From a virus (Duplodnaviria > Heunggongvirae > Uroviricota > Caudoviricetes): 64,000 bases of DNA. The notes under the pieces were generated by a model that worked only from the letters and a program-made list of their open reading frames with translations, was not told the DNA's origin and ran no database searches. Numbering within the stretch: position 1 is the stretch's first letter; every line of letters begins with the position of its first letter. The position numbers and the translations under genes are program-made. The stretch lies in the IMG/VR virus record IMGVR_UViG_3300029305_004082; one strand, written 5' to 3'. Positions 9,650 through 18,518 of this stretch are shown one piece after another.

Positions 9650-9835
9650 ATGAAAAAGGAAATGCAAGAGCTTATCGACCGCATTCATTATTTCGATGTT
9701 GCTTTTCAAGAATACTTTCTGAATGGCAAAACCAACGCCGCACTTTATAAAATGCTTGATGCGAAAATGAAAATGGACTTTGCTGTTGTAGATGTTGAAT
9801 TTGAGGAAGGCGTAGCCGCCATAATTAAAATCTAA
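9650..9835 (+). CDS. hypothetical small protein
   Basis: RBS AAAGGAGAAAT; 61 aa. Confidence 0.45.
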   Translation: MKKEMQELIDRIHYFDVAFQEYFLNGKTNAALYKMLDAKMKMDFAVVDVEFEEGVAAIIKI

Positions 9836-9848
9836 AGGAGAATTTATC

Positions 9849-10118
9849 ATGTACAAATCATTACTTTCCATTCTGGAAAAAGAAAAGGCAACAGTTGAAA
9901 AAGTTAACGCTCTTATTGGAGTGCGGAACTATCACATCGCAGAACTCACAAAAATAACGGATGACTGCGATGATTGGGAAATGCAACGTAGAAAATGCCA
10001 TTGTGAAGGACTTGCGGCTGTTAATGCAGAAATTGAAACGCAAAAGAAGACGCTTGCTGAAATCCGCAGCGAAATGCAGGCATACCTACGGCGTACACTT
10101 GAAGACTGGTTGCTGTAA
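9849..10118 (+). CDS. hypothetical small protein
   Basis: RBS AAAGGAGAAT; 89 aa. Confidence 0.45.
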   Translation: MYKSLLSILEKEKATVEKVNALIGVRNYHIAELTKITDDCDDWEMQRRKCHCEGLAAVNAEIETQKKTLAEIRSEMQAYLRRTLEDWLL

Positions 10119-10236
10119 ATCGAAATTGATTCTCTGGAAATTCTGCGTGCGGTGTGCCAAATCAAGGACGATGTGGGACGCATGATTGCAAAATGAGTCT
10201 CGTAATGTTAAACTACTTAAAAAGGAGGTTGTTATT

Positions 10237-10452
10237 ATGAAATGCTTGTGCGGAAATGATACATTTTACGCTTGCCAAGTTATCAAAACAATGATAATTG
10301 TGGACGAAGAAAATAACTTTGTGAGCAACCCTATGCGGGAAAACCCTTTTACAAAGATGCATGAAGAGTTTATGGATGTTTGTGAATACGAGAGCCCCTG
10401 TGGTCCTTATGTTTGTACCGCTTGCGGCAGAGAATACGAAAATATTGAATAA
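10237..10452 (+). CDS. zinc-ribbon small protein
   Basis: Start MKCLCGND with RBS AAAAGGAGG; CxC...CxxC motifs. Confidence 0.45.
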   Translation: MKCLCGNDTFYACQVIKTMIIVDEENNFVSNPMRENPFTKMHEEFMDVCEYESPCGPYVCTACGREYENIE

Positions 10453-10455
10453 GAG

Positions 10456-10487
10456 TGGGCGTAGGAAATCCACGCCTATTTTTTTTA
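10456..10487 (+). terminator. rho-independent terminator
   Basis: GGGCGTAGGaaatcCACGCCTA + TTTTTTTT. Confidence 0.6.
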
Positions 10488-10710
10488 CCCATAAAGTTTC
10501 TGCTCAGGAAATCTGCTCCTAAAATTACAAATTTTAGTCGCAGGAATATCCAAATAGGAAAGAATCGGACATGGCAAAAGTCATGTTCTTTTCTTTGCCA
10601 TTTGGTTTGGCAAAACGAAAGTGAGGAAAGAGAAGGGCGAAGCCCCCTTCTCGACGAACGAATTTAACCCAGAAAACCATTACAAAATTAATGAAAGTGA
10701 GGAAGAGAAG

Positions 10711-10863
10711 ATGAGTAAGTTTGATGCACTCAGAATCGTAAAGGAGTACGAAGCACGCAAGGAAAACTGGAAGAACGTTCCCAAGGGTTGTTCTTTCGTA
10801 AAGGAAGATGAACGTGAAATGCGGCGGCAGTACAATGCGGCGCTGCGTGTGCTGAGTTGCTAA
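10711..10863 (+). CDS. hypothetical small protein
   Basis: RBS GAAAGTGAGGAAGAGAAG; this RBS-like motif also occurs 75 nt upstream. Confidence 0.35.
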   Translation: MSKFDALRIVKEYEARKENWKNVPKGCSFVKEDEREMRRQYNAALRVLSC

Positions 10864-10878
10864 TGTGAGGTGCAAAAA

Positions 10879-11016
10879 ATGAAGAATCGTATTCTGGATA
10901 TCAAAATCGGCAAATACAATCTGCGCACCTTCAGCATTGTGTGGTGGATTGCGGTCGGCGGTGTTGTGGCCGCCGGTTATGCGTGGTGCTTGGGAATGTG
11001 TGTGCTGCTTGTATAG
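10879..11016 (+). CDS. small hydrophobic (membrane) peptide, 45 aa
   Basis: RBS GAGGTGCAAAAA; MKNRILDIKIGKYNLRTFSIVWWIAVGGVVAAGYAWCLGMCVLLV; below the ORF-track size cutoff. Confidence 0.3.
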   Translation: MKNRILDIKIGKYNLRTFSIVWWIAVGGVVAAGYAWCLGMCVLLV

Positions 11017-11028
11017 CGAGGTAAAAGC

Positions 11029-11281
11029 TATGTGGAAAATCCGCTCGTTTTATGAGCAGTTCGTCAAGGAATACGAATTCCTGTACGACAACGATGATAT
11101 GGTGGCAGGCTATACCGAAGCAGTTGAAGCATTTGATGATTTCGTCAAGTGGTTCCCTGAATTCGTAAGGGAATTCGCCCGTTTTCGTGGGGATTTCATT
11201 TCCAGCGACAGAGAAGCAGCGGCGTTCATGTTTGCACTTGATGTGCTTGTGGACGATGGTGAGGAATTAGAAAATGACTGA
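11029..11281 (+). CDS. hypothetical acidic protein
   Basis: Start MWKIRSF with RBS GCGAGGTAAAAG. Confidence 0.45.
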
Positions 11282-11711
11282 TGCATTAGCAAAAGCAACT
11301 ATTGTAACATTGGCGGCCGTCATATTTTTCCTGCTTGTTGTGTTTGGCGGCAAGCTTGTCATCGACCGAGATGATTTCATCGAGAAAAATGTAATTTCTC
11401 TTCTGGAAAGTGCGGGATTTGAAAACGTAAAAGTGTACGACTCCAGTGAAATAACCCCCGACATTCTGGAAAATCGGGAAGGCAAAACCATTGTGGAGCG
11501 TTGCTACGGCGTTGTTCTGGACATGGAAACTGGTGACGGCCGGATTATCAATGCGGCGGACGGTGCGGGAAACTATATTAGTTATCGCAGTGTGTACCAA
11601 ACCCATGATGAAAACTCAATAATGCTGACCTATCTGGTATACAATCCCGAAAACAATTACTGCGACGACATCATAATAAGATACGATTTTGTACTTGAAA
11701 AGGAGCAATAA
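11274..11711 (+). CDS. membrane-anchored hypothetical protein
   Basis: N-terminal transmembrane segment TIVTLAAVIFFLLVVFGG; 145 aa. Confidence 0.45.
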   Translation: MTDALAKATIVTLAAVIFFLLVVFGGKLVIDRDDFIEKNVISLLESAGFENVKVYDSSEITPDILENREGKTIVERCYGVVLDMETGDGRIINAADGAGNYISYRSVYQTHDENSIMLTYLVYNPENNYCDDIIIRYDFVLEKEQ

Positions 11712-12085
11712 AAATGTGTTACAAAAAAATTGCGGCAAACCTTATATCCTTCATTGTGAAAAACTGGCATTATTGCCCGATTGATAGCAACGTTAACGTC
11801 CCAAACTGTCAGTGTTGGCACAGCGAACACTGCAAGGAATGCTTGTTAAAACATGCCGCGCATATAAGGTAATTTCTTATGAGAAAACGGAAAACCACGC
11901 GGCGTTATCCAGGCGTTGAAGAAGCCGAAAAGCAAAGGTGCATTACCTCTGTTGAAATCGAGGAAGAACCCGATTGGAAAGCAGGGGCACCCAATTATGA
12001 AAAGTGGCCGAGCAAATCACCCGAAGAAGTGTTGGTTTGGCTGAATGTGGATTAGAAAACGGATGTTAGAAGGAGGAACGCAAAA

Positions 12086-12397
12086 ATGCTTAGAAAAATA
12101 ATGCGGAACATCGACCAAAACCTTAATGAATATGCGGATGACGAATCCGACATGAGCAGTTACCTTAATGACGTTAAGGATTACGAATTTATCGTGAGTA
12201 AATATGGTGAATTCAGTGGAGTGCGGGTTTGGTTTGCGGTTGGCAGCCTGAGTATTTATCTGGACACTTCCACTGGAGAATTCAATGGTGCGCTTATGGA
12301 AGAACGTGTGAGGTGGAGAACCCTCAACCGTGTGTGCGAGGGAATCAATCAGATATTCAAGGAGATTTACAAAAATGAAATACAAAATAAGAGTTGA
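12086..12397 (+). CDS. hypothetical protein
   Basis: 103-aa ORF with RBS GAAGGAGGAACG. Confidence 0.45.
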   Translation: MLRKIMRNIDQNLNEYADDESDMSSYLNDVKDYEFIVSKYGEFSGVRVWFAVGSLSIYLDTSTGEFNGALMEERVRWRTLNRVCEGINQIFKEIYKNEIQNKS

Positions 12398-12650
12398 ATA
12401 TGAAGTGGCACCAATTCGCAATTTGGTGGTGCAGTGCCCTCACTGCGGCGAGTGGTTCGCCGCATGCGACATAACGGACAGAGAAAATAAGAGTCCAAAC
12501 TATAATTATGAACTCGCATACGCGGAATATGTTTGTCCAATTTGCAAACTTGGTTTCGGTTTTGAAGAGGGTATGGATTATGAAGAAGACCCCATTCCGG
12601 TCGAGGGAATTCATCACGGAGTATTGCGTAAAAAGGTGATGTGGGAATGA
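12375..12650 (+). CDS. zinc-ribbon small protein
   Basis: MKYKIRV...CPHCGEW...CPICK. Confidence 0.45.
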   Translation: MKYKIRVEYEVAPIRNLVVQCPHCGEWFAACDITDRENKSPNYNYELAYAEYVCPICKLGFGFEEGMDYEEDPIPVEGIHHGVLRKKVMWE

Positions 12651-12869
12651 ACTACAAAATCAACATAAGCGTTAACGGAAAGGAAAAGAAATGATAGGAA
12701 AGATGTTATTGTTCAGCGACCACACATGGTTCTACTGTTACGAACATCAGGTTGATGAATTTATTCGTAACCACAAGTGGAAGCTGCCCGACAATGCATT
12801 AAAGTACGTTATGGTTTATGACGGAGATATGGATAATACGCTAATCAAAATAAAGGAGTAGAATTACGA

Positions 12870-13073
12870 ATGACAACAGAAACGCATGATTACATTGCCA
12901 AACTGGAAAAATGGGTGGTTGATTTGATGGACTTGTATGCAGATATGTGTCTTGATAGCTGTTATACAGACAACGATTTCATTGAATCGCTTATCGACAT
13001 TGGATTTACCGAAAAGGATTTCCAGACGTTTGGTTACGGAGAATTTGTAAAGGAGTATTTTGCAGATGAATAG
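12870..13073 (+). CDS. hypothetical acidic protein
   Basis: 67-aa ORF. Confidence 0.4.
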   Translation: MTTETHDYIAKLEKWVVDLMDLYADMCLDSCYTDNDFIESLIDIGFTEKDFQTFGYGEFVKEYFADE

Positions 13074-13326
13074 ACGTGAATTCTATATCGAAACCCCGAT
13101 GGGCAAACTGAAGGTGTACGCAAAGCACCCCGATGGTGATTGTGAGCAGGATTATCCTGGAATATTTGTTGACATTGTGAGAGAAGGAAGCGTGGACGAA
13201 TTCGTTGCTTGTATAGAATACGACTCCAACATGGGCGGCATTCTCACTACAGTATACGAATTCGGAAGTGATTGCCCCTCGGTATGCACAAGGATTGACG
13301 AAAACGGCAATCTGGTTGAGGAGTAA
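13060..13326 (+). CDS. hypothetical protein
   Basis: 88-aa ORF. Confidence 0.45.
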   Translation: MQMNRREFYIETPMGKLKVYAKHPDGDCEQDYPGIFVDIVREGSVDEFVACIEYDSNMGGILTTVYEFGSDCPSVCTRIDENGNLVEE

Positions 13327-13429
13327 AACATGAAAATAATACAGGAATTTGGGCATTACGCCGCTTATACCACGAGCGGTGTTTTTGTTTGCTCTGGCGA
13401 CACATACAACGAAGTGGAGAGAGAACTTG

Positions 13430-13603
13430 ATGAGTGGGAAGCAGAAAACAGCAAAGGTGGACAGAATGCTGCGTGATTCGGGGTTTGAATTTCATCGCGA
13501 AAATCACGGCGTAATCATTTACGAAAATAAATTCACCGGAACGATGCTTGAACGACGTGGCAATAAGTTGTCCAGCCCGAAGAAGTTGCGGCAAACCTCG
13601 TGA
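13430..13603 (+). CDS. small basic protein, faint HicA/YcfA-like resemblance
   Basis: RBS GGAGAGAG; MSGKQKTAKVDRMLRDSGFEFHRENHGVIIYEN...; low-confidence similarity only. Confidence 0.25.
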   Translation: MSGKQKTAKVDRMLRDSGFEFHRENHGVIIYENKFTGTMLERRGNKLSSPKKLRQTS

Positions 13604-13872
13604 CGAACGAAGGGAGGAACGAGATGGGACATTATTACGAAACTGCAAATTACGATTACGGCAATTATATGACCGCAAAGGCGCACGATACTCTGGATGG
13701 CGCAATCGAGTACGCCAACATGTATGACATCAATATGATATATGAAATCGGCGGCAATTGGATGGAATTCGGCAGATGCGCAATCTGCGGCGAATTCGTT
13801 GATGTGTGTGAATTGAACAGCGAAGAAATATGCGAATCTTGTGTAGCAAGGGGGTATGAACATGGATTCTAA
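13600..13872 (+). CDS. hypothetical Cys-containing protein
   Basis: 90 aa, CAICGEF...CESC. Confidence 0.4.
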   Translation: MTNEGRNEMGHYYETANYDYGNYMTAKAHDTLDGAIEYANMYDINMIYEIGGNWMEFGRCAICGEFVDVCELNSEEICESCVARGYEHGF

Positions 13873-14110
13873 ATACAAGGTTTGGTTCCGTGTAGGAATG
13901 GAGTTTGAATTCACCGAAGAAGAGTTACGACGTATGCATAACGGTGATGTCAAACCCCTTATGTACAAGATTGTGGCAGAAAACTACACAATAACGGGCG
14001 ACACATACGCTCCCGACAACGAGTGCAACGAAGAAGTTTATGCGCTTCTCGGAACATACGAAGCCGATGGTTACCGTTATGCCGTAGATGAAATTGGATT
14101 TGAGTTGTAA
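13856..14110 (+). CDS. hypothetical protein
   Basis: 84-aa ORF. Confidence 0.4.
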   Translation: MNMDSKYKVWFRVGMEFEFTEEELRRMHNGDVKPLMYKIVAENYTITGDTYAPDNECNEEVYALLGTYEADGYRYAVDEIGFEL

Positions 14111-14124
14111 AGGAGAAAAGAAAA

Positions 14125-14325
14125 ATGTTTGAAAAGCCTGTTGAAATTTATATTGGTAAGGAATACGGCGTTGTTTTGCACAAGCAGAGCAACGCTCCTT
14201 TTGAAATGTGGGCAACACACGAGTTCCGCACAGATGCGCCAGACGATTACTACTGGGGAAATTACACACCCAGTTTTGAAGAAGCCAAAAATGACTTTGC
14301 AAATCGAGTAAGGGGGATGCTGTGA
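14125..14325 (+). CDS. hypothetical protein
   Basis: RBS AAAGGAGAAAAG; 66 aa. Confidence 0.4.
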   Translation: MFEKPVEIYIGKEYGVVLHKQSNAPFEMWATHEFRTDAPDDYYWGNYTPSFEEAKNDFANRVRGML

Positions 14326-14654
14326 TGACAATAATGGAATTCAGCGAAAAATTGCACGAGTTTTGCGGCAAGCAGGAGGATTGTGAATATTGTCCGTTAT
14401 TTCACGTTTCGTGTTATACAGATTTAACAAAAGAAGGAATAGAAAAAACCGCTAAAATTATATTTCCTCCAACCTACAAAGAAGAATTCATTCGGAGGAT
14501 TGAACAGGTGTTCCCAAATTGTGTTTCGAAAGAGATTACTCCGGAGTATTGGGAAGGTATATGCGTTAAATCTTTCTTTGGCGACGTACTTACCGATGCT
14601 TGCCGCGATGGAGATTTGTGTTCAGACTGTTGGAACGAAAGGATGAAATCATAA
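14322..14654 (+). CDS. hypothetical Cys-rich protein
   Basis: 110 aa, multiple Cys. Confidence 0.4.
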   Translation: MMTIMEFSEKLHEFCGKQEDCEYCPLFHVSCYTDLTKEGIEKTAKIIFPPTYKEEFIRRIEQVFPNCVSKEITPEYWEGICVKSFFGDVLTDACRDGDLCSDCWNERMKS

Positions 14655-14690
14655 AAATCACCCGCAAAAACGAGGAAGGAGAATGGAATT

Positions 14691-15032
14691 ATGACAGTTG
14701 CAGAAATGCGCCGCAGGTCGGTACGCGAATTAGCTGAACGCCGCAACCCCAATCCCACTGAGGAAGACATAGCACTCGCTAAGAAGACCATGAATCGGTA
14801 TTACAGGCTGTGCGGCATGGATGAAAGGCTGCTGTATCTGGAAAACGATTATAAGATGCATGATAAGCCATACACCATTGCGCTTGCGGAAAAGAGAGAC
14901 AAGTTGCTCGACAGCCTTAATTCCGTATTCAAAAACGAATTCAACGCTCGTTTGATTTACTTTGGATATCTGCCTACTATATGCGAAGTAACATCAACGA
15001 GGGATTTGTATCTGGCACACTTCTACAATTAA
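14691..15032 (+). CDS. hypothetical protein
   Basis: RBS GAGGAAGGAGAATGG; 113 aa. Confidence 0.45.
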   Translation: MTVAEMRRRSVRELAERRNPNPTEEDIALAKKTMNRYYRLCGMDERLLYLENDYKMHDKPYTIALAEKRDKLLDSLNSVFKNEFNARLIYFGYLPTICEVTSTRDLYLAHFYN

Positions 15033-15117
15033 GCGAGGAATCTAAAGTATGACTTCATTTCTCTCAATGTTTGCTGTTGTTGTAACCCTTTTAGTAATGA
15101 GTGAGGAGGTATTTTAA

Positions 15118-15516
15118 ATGAAGAATGAAGCAATCCGCAGAATGCGTGAACTGGACATTTTTGAACCCGCAATTGAAATGTTCGAGAAGGACGGAATCGT
15201 AATGGTATCCGAGCCTCCCTTTGGAGCACTGTACGAACTGGATGATAACCAGAAGGAAATGGTGCGCAAGTTTGAGGAAGAAAGTGGTGGGCTGGTTTAT
15301 CTGGTAATCAGAACCTATGCCGAATTCGGCATCTGCGACAACCTGCTGTTCGTCAGCAAGTACGAGGACGAATGGGAAAGTGAGGTCGAAAAGACTGACG
15401 ACCCCAACAAGTTCTACGTATTCAGTTACGTTGTAAACCATACCTGCGAATGGTGCAGTGAGTACGGCACCATTGGTGTAAAGAAAGTGTTCGGCGGCCT
15501 GCTCCGCTGGTGCTAA
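15118..15516 (+). CDS. hypothetical protein
   Basis: RBS GAGGAGG; 132 aa. Confidence 0.45.
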   Translation: MKNEAIRRMRELDIFEPAIEMFEKDGIVMVSEPPFGALYELDDNQKEMVRKFEEESGGLVYLVIRTYAEFGICDNLLFVSKYEDEWESEVEKTDDPNKFYVFSYVVNHTCEWCSEYGTIGVKKVFGGLLRWC

Positions 15517-15544
15517 CAACAAAAATTAATAGGAGGAATTAAAT

Positions 15545-16360
15545 ATGTCTAACGCTGCAATTCTGGAAAACGCTCACAATATCGGTGGCAAGAAGTTCGC
15601 CACCATTCCCGTTTCTGAAATCAAGATTGACGCAGGGTATCAGCGCCGTCTGCGGGAGAAGGTAAACAGAATGGTTGCAAATTGGGATTACAACCTTTGC
15701 GACGTGGTTCTTGTAAGTTACCGCAACAATAAGTTCTATGTAATCGACGGTCAGCACAGGGTTGCGGCGGCAAAGCGTGTTGGTGCTGAATTCCTGCCTT
15801 GCCAGATTGTCGAAGGACTTTCCAGAGAAGATGAAGCCGCTCGTTTTGTGGCACTTAATTCCGCAACCAGTCCTCTCAGCCAGTATGACACATGGAAAGC
15901 AAATCTGTTGTGCGGCGACCCCGTAGATACTGAGGTAAAGCGTATTTGTGACAAGTGGGGAATTGAAGTTTCCGACCGCAGGGGCGGTGTTTACGGCAGG
16001 CTCGGTAATCTGAGGGAAGCACGCAAGATTGTGCGCGGTCAGGGCGGCGCGGCGTTTGATTGGATAATGGAAGCACTGTACACCGCACAGTGGCATATTG
16101 TGCGTGGCGGGTATTGCAGTGAAGTGCTGGCCGCCCTTTCAAATGTGTATAAGAAATTTGGTCCCGACACAATGGAATATGTGGTTTCCATTATCAAATC
16201 CAAGAATCCCAATACTCTGCGTGCTGTTGCTCAGGACAGATATACCGAATACGGCATACACAAGTCTCTGGTTAAGTACATGGAAGATGAAGTGCTGAAT
16301 GCAATTGCCCGTGCTTCGTCCACGACAACCGAAACCGAGAATATTTTCATGGCTGCGTAA
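15545..16360 (+). CDS. ParB-like nuclease (ParB N-terminal domain, DGQHR-type) protein
   Basis: VIDGQHRVAAAKRVGAEFLPCQIV matches the ParB/Srx-fold DGQHR motif; RBS AGGAGG. Confidence 0.6.
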   Translation: MSNAAILENAHNIGGKKFATIPVSEIKIDAGYQRRLREKVNRMVANWDYNLCDVVLVSYRNNKFYVIDGQHRVAAAKRVGAEFLPCQIVEGLSREDEAARFVALNSATSPLSQYDTWKANLLCGDPVDTEVKRICDKWGIEVSDRRGGVYGRLGNLREARKIVRGQGGAAFDWIMEALYTAQWHIVRGGYCSEVLAALSNVYKKFGPDTMEYVVSIIKSKNPNTLRAVAQDRYTEYGIHKSLVKYMEDEVLNAIARASSTTTETENIFMAA

Positions 16361-16376
16361 AGGAGGAAAACTAAAT

Positions 16377-17927
16377 ATGGATAAGGTTTGTAACTCTTGT
16401 GGTTGCGTAATCGAAACCGAGGCCGTCGAAATCGACGGTCTCTTTTATTGCCTCGAATGTATGGAAGATGAAAGCCTGTGGGGGGAATGCAAGGCCTGCG
16501 GCAAAAAGATATTCCTCGATAATGTCGAGTATCAAGCCGAAGACGGAGCCGTATTTTGCTCCGAGGAGTGTGTAGCGGACGCAGGCTATTTCATTTGCGC
16601 ATACTGCGAAGAAATTTACAATAAAGACGAGATTGAACCTATTGCCATTGACGAATTTACTTATTGCAGTGAAGAGTGTGCTCTCGATGATGGTTTCGAA
16701 AAATGCTCTGATTGTGGCAAATGGTGTAACTCATATGATGTGGAATTCGTAGAGAGTATTGATGCTTGTGTTTGCGATGAGTGTCTTCGTTATAGTGGCA
16801 ATTATTTCAAATGTGACCATTGCAACAAATGGTATAGAGAGAATGATTTGTGGCAAGTAGACGATAGGATTGCAATATGCGATAACTGCAGTGACCATTA
16901 TTATGTTTGTGCAGACTGTGACTGTATTGTGTATGAAGACGATGTATATTGGGTAGGCGATGATTATCCTCATTGTGAGTCTTGTTATTACGACAATCAT
17001 AACCGTGACGATGATGACGATGATGACGATGAAGGCGGCGACATCAACAGTTGGAATTACAGACCGAGTTTCCGTTTCTATCCCGATATGATTCCTGTTG
17101 CTGGACAGTTGTATATGGGTGTTGAACGTGAGGTTGACGGTGGCAATGGCCCTCGCGGACTTGCAAGTGAACTTGTTGATTACAGGGAAATCTATTGTAA
17201 GCATGACGGTAGTCTGAATTGCGGCGTTGAAATCATATCCCATCCTTGTACGCTGGATTATCACACCAACAAACTCCCTTGGGAAGAAATCGAAAATCTT
17301 GCTCTGGGACGCAATTTCAAGTCTCACGATACAAGCACCTGCGGTCTTCACGTCCATGTAAATAGGAGCTTCTTTGGAGACAATAGGGATGAACAGGATT
17401 TAAATATTGCAAAGGTAATCCTTATTGTGAATCGCTTCTGGGATTCTCACATCGTCCCCTTCACACGTCGCCAAACCGGCAACATTAACCAGTGGGCTAA
17501 GAAAAATGAAGTCGGCACGATTTATGATAGAGATGCGGTAGCGGTAAAGAGGAGGAAGACCATTGACGGGTCGAGTAGAATGGGACGATATGTTGCCGTA
17601 AACCTGCAGAATTACGAAACCATTGAATTCCGCATATTCCGCGGCACGCTGAAGCACTCCACATTTATTGCCACCCTGCAGTTTGTTGATACTCTCTGCC
17701 GTTTCGTTAAGAGTATCTCCATTGATGATGTGGACAACCTTACATGGGAAGACATCTTTGCCGGAACTGACTATCCCGAACTCAACGCTTATCTTGCGGA
17801 GCGTACGGATTTTAATCCTGCGTCAGTCAAAAAGGTATTTATCGAGCATAAACCCGCCACCATCAAGGAGAGGTTTGGTAATGAAAAAGAATTATCTTAT
17901 TACGAGCGAAATGATACGGTTCTTTAA
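16377..17927 (+). CDS. multi-FCS-zinc-finger protein fused to an Amidoligase_2-type domain
   Basis: Four to five repeats of CxxC-x(8-14)-[YF]C[SL]EEC (FCS/MYM-type zinc fingers); poly-Asp linker; C-terminal YMGVEREVDG...HDGSL.CGVEIISHP...CGLHVHV resembles the amidoligase (GS-like) family. Confidence 0.55.
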   Translation: MDKVCNSCGCVIETEAVEIDGLFYCLECMEDESLWGECKACGKKIFLDNVEYQAEDGAVFCSEECVADAGYFICAYCEEIYNKDEIEPIAIDEFTYCSEECALDDGFEKCSDCGKWCNSYDVEFVESIDACVCDECLRYSGNYFKCDHCNKWYRENDLWQVDDRIAICDNCSDHYYVCADCDCIVYEDDVYWVGDDYPHCESCYYDNHNRDDDDDDDDEGGDINSWNYRPSFRFYPDMIPVAGQLYMGVEREVDGGNGPRGLASELVDYREIYCKHDGSLNCGVEIISHPCTLDYHTNKLPWEEIENLALGRNFKSHDTSTCGLHVHVNRSFFGDNRDEQDLNIAKVILIVNRFWDSHIVPFTRRQTGNINQWAKKNEVGTIYDRDAVAVKRRKTIDGSSRMGRYVAVNLQNYETIEFRIFRGTLKHSTFIATLQFVDTLCRFVKSISIDDVDNLTWEDIFAGTDYPELNAYLAERTDFNPASVKKVFIEHKPATIKERFGNEKELSYYERNDTVL

Positions 17928-17988
17928 AAACCCATACGACGCTCTGGACAACATTTACCCCGAAGAGCTATACCCCTATAAAGGATAG
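17881..17988 (+). CDS. small ORF (35 aa) overlapping the amidoligase 3' end
   Basis: RBS AAGGAGAGG then ATG; ends at TAG 17986-17988; the +1 frame continues into the start-less N-terminus of the repeat protein. Confidence 0.3.
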   Translation: MKKNYLITSEMIRFFKNPYDALDNIYPEELYPYKG

Positions 17989-18037
17989 GCGCAATGTTGC
18001 TGTAGGAGACCGTGTTATAATTCGCAGCTGGGAAAAC

Positions 18038-18502
18038 ATGTGTAGTGAGTATGAATATGATTCAATAGCAATTATCACGGGGTGTTATCCTTTCGTTGAT
18101 GGCATGAAGCATCTTTGCGGCAGAACTGCAACCGTAATCCGTGTTACTGGCTCCGTATTGAGTCTTGACTTCGACGATAAGAGCGGAGATATAAGCTGGA
18201 ATTTCACGGCAGAAATGATTGATGTAATTGCTAAGAGGGATAGAAATGATGTACAGGTCGGTGACCGTGTAATATTCCGAAACTGGGATGACATGGCCGC
18301 AGAATTTGGTGTTCGTGATGACTTTATTACGAGTCCTATTGTTGTATCCCCAGCAATGATGGAGTTCTGCGGAAAGAAGGCAACAGTAACAGATATTGAC
18401 CGTGGTTATTCAAACACTTATATAAGCCTTGAATTTGACGACCAGAGTATTTCACAAAGCTTCTATTCCATAACCACTGATATGATTGCATTGCTTAGTT
18501 AA
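18038..18502 (+). CDS. tandem-repeat protein (2 x ~75-aa repeat); true 5' end probably upstream of the annotated ATG
   Basis: Repeat 2 begins VGDRVIFRNWDDM; an in-frame copy VGDRVIIRSWENM lies immediately upstream of the ATG with no canonical start codon. Confidence 0.45.
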   Translation: MCSEYEYDSIAIITGCYPFVDGMKHLCGRTATVIRVTGSVLSLDFDDKSGDISWNFTAEMIDVIAKRDRNDVQVGDRVIFRNWDDMAAEFGVRDDFITSPIVVSPAMMEFCGKKATVTDIDRGYSNTYISLEFDDQSISQSFYSITTDMIALLS

Positions 18503-18518
18503 GAGAGGAGAAATTGAT

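Noticed and set aside
13330-13603. HicA-like toxin (13430-13603) with a partner antitoxin
   Set aside because: There is only a vague resemblance (FHRENHGVIIYEN versus the GSHH...R pattern). No HicB-like neighbour is present, so it is kept as a low-confidence hypothetical.
16731-17357. 208-aa minus-strand ORF
   Set aside because: It is antisense to the amidoligase gene and is driven by the GAT/GAC repeats of the poly-Asp linker. No RBS is present.
17881-18040. -1 programmed frameshift (T TTA AAA-like slippery site) linking the small ORF to the repeat protein
   Set aside because: After re-indexing, the frames are related by +1, not -1. The TTTAAAA heptamer is not in the zero frame of the upstream ORF. 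Only a +1 event at the TAG would connect them, and that is reported as a low-confidence finding.
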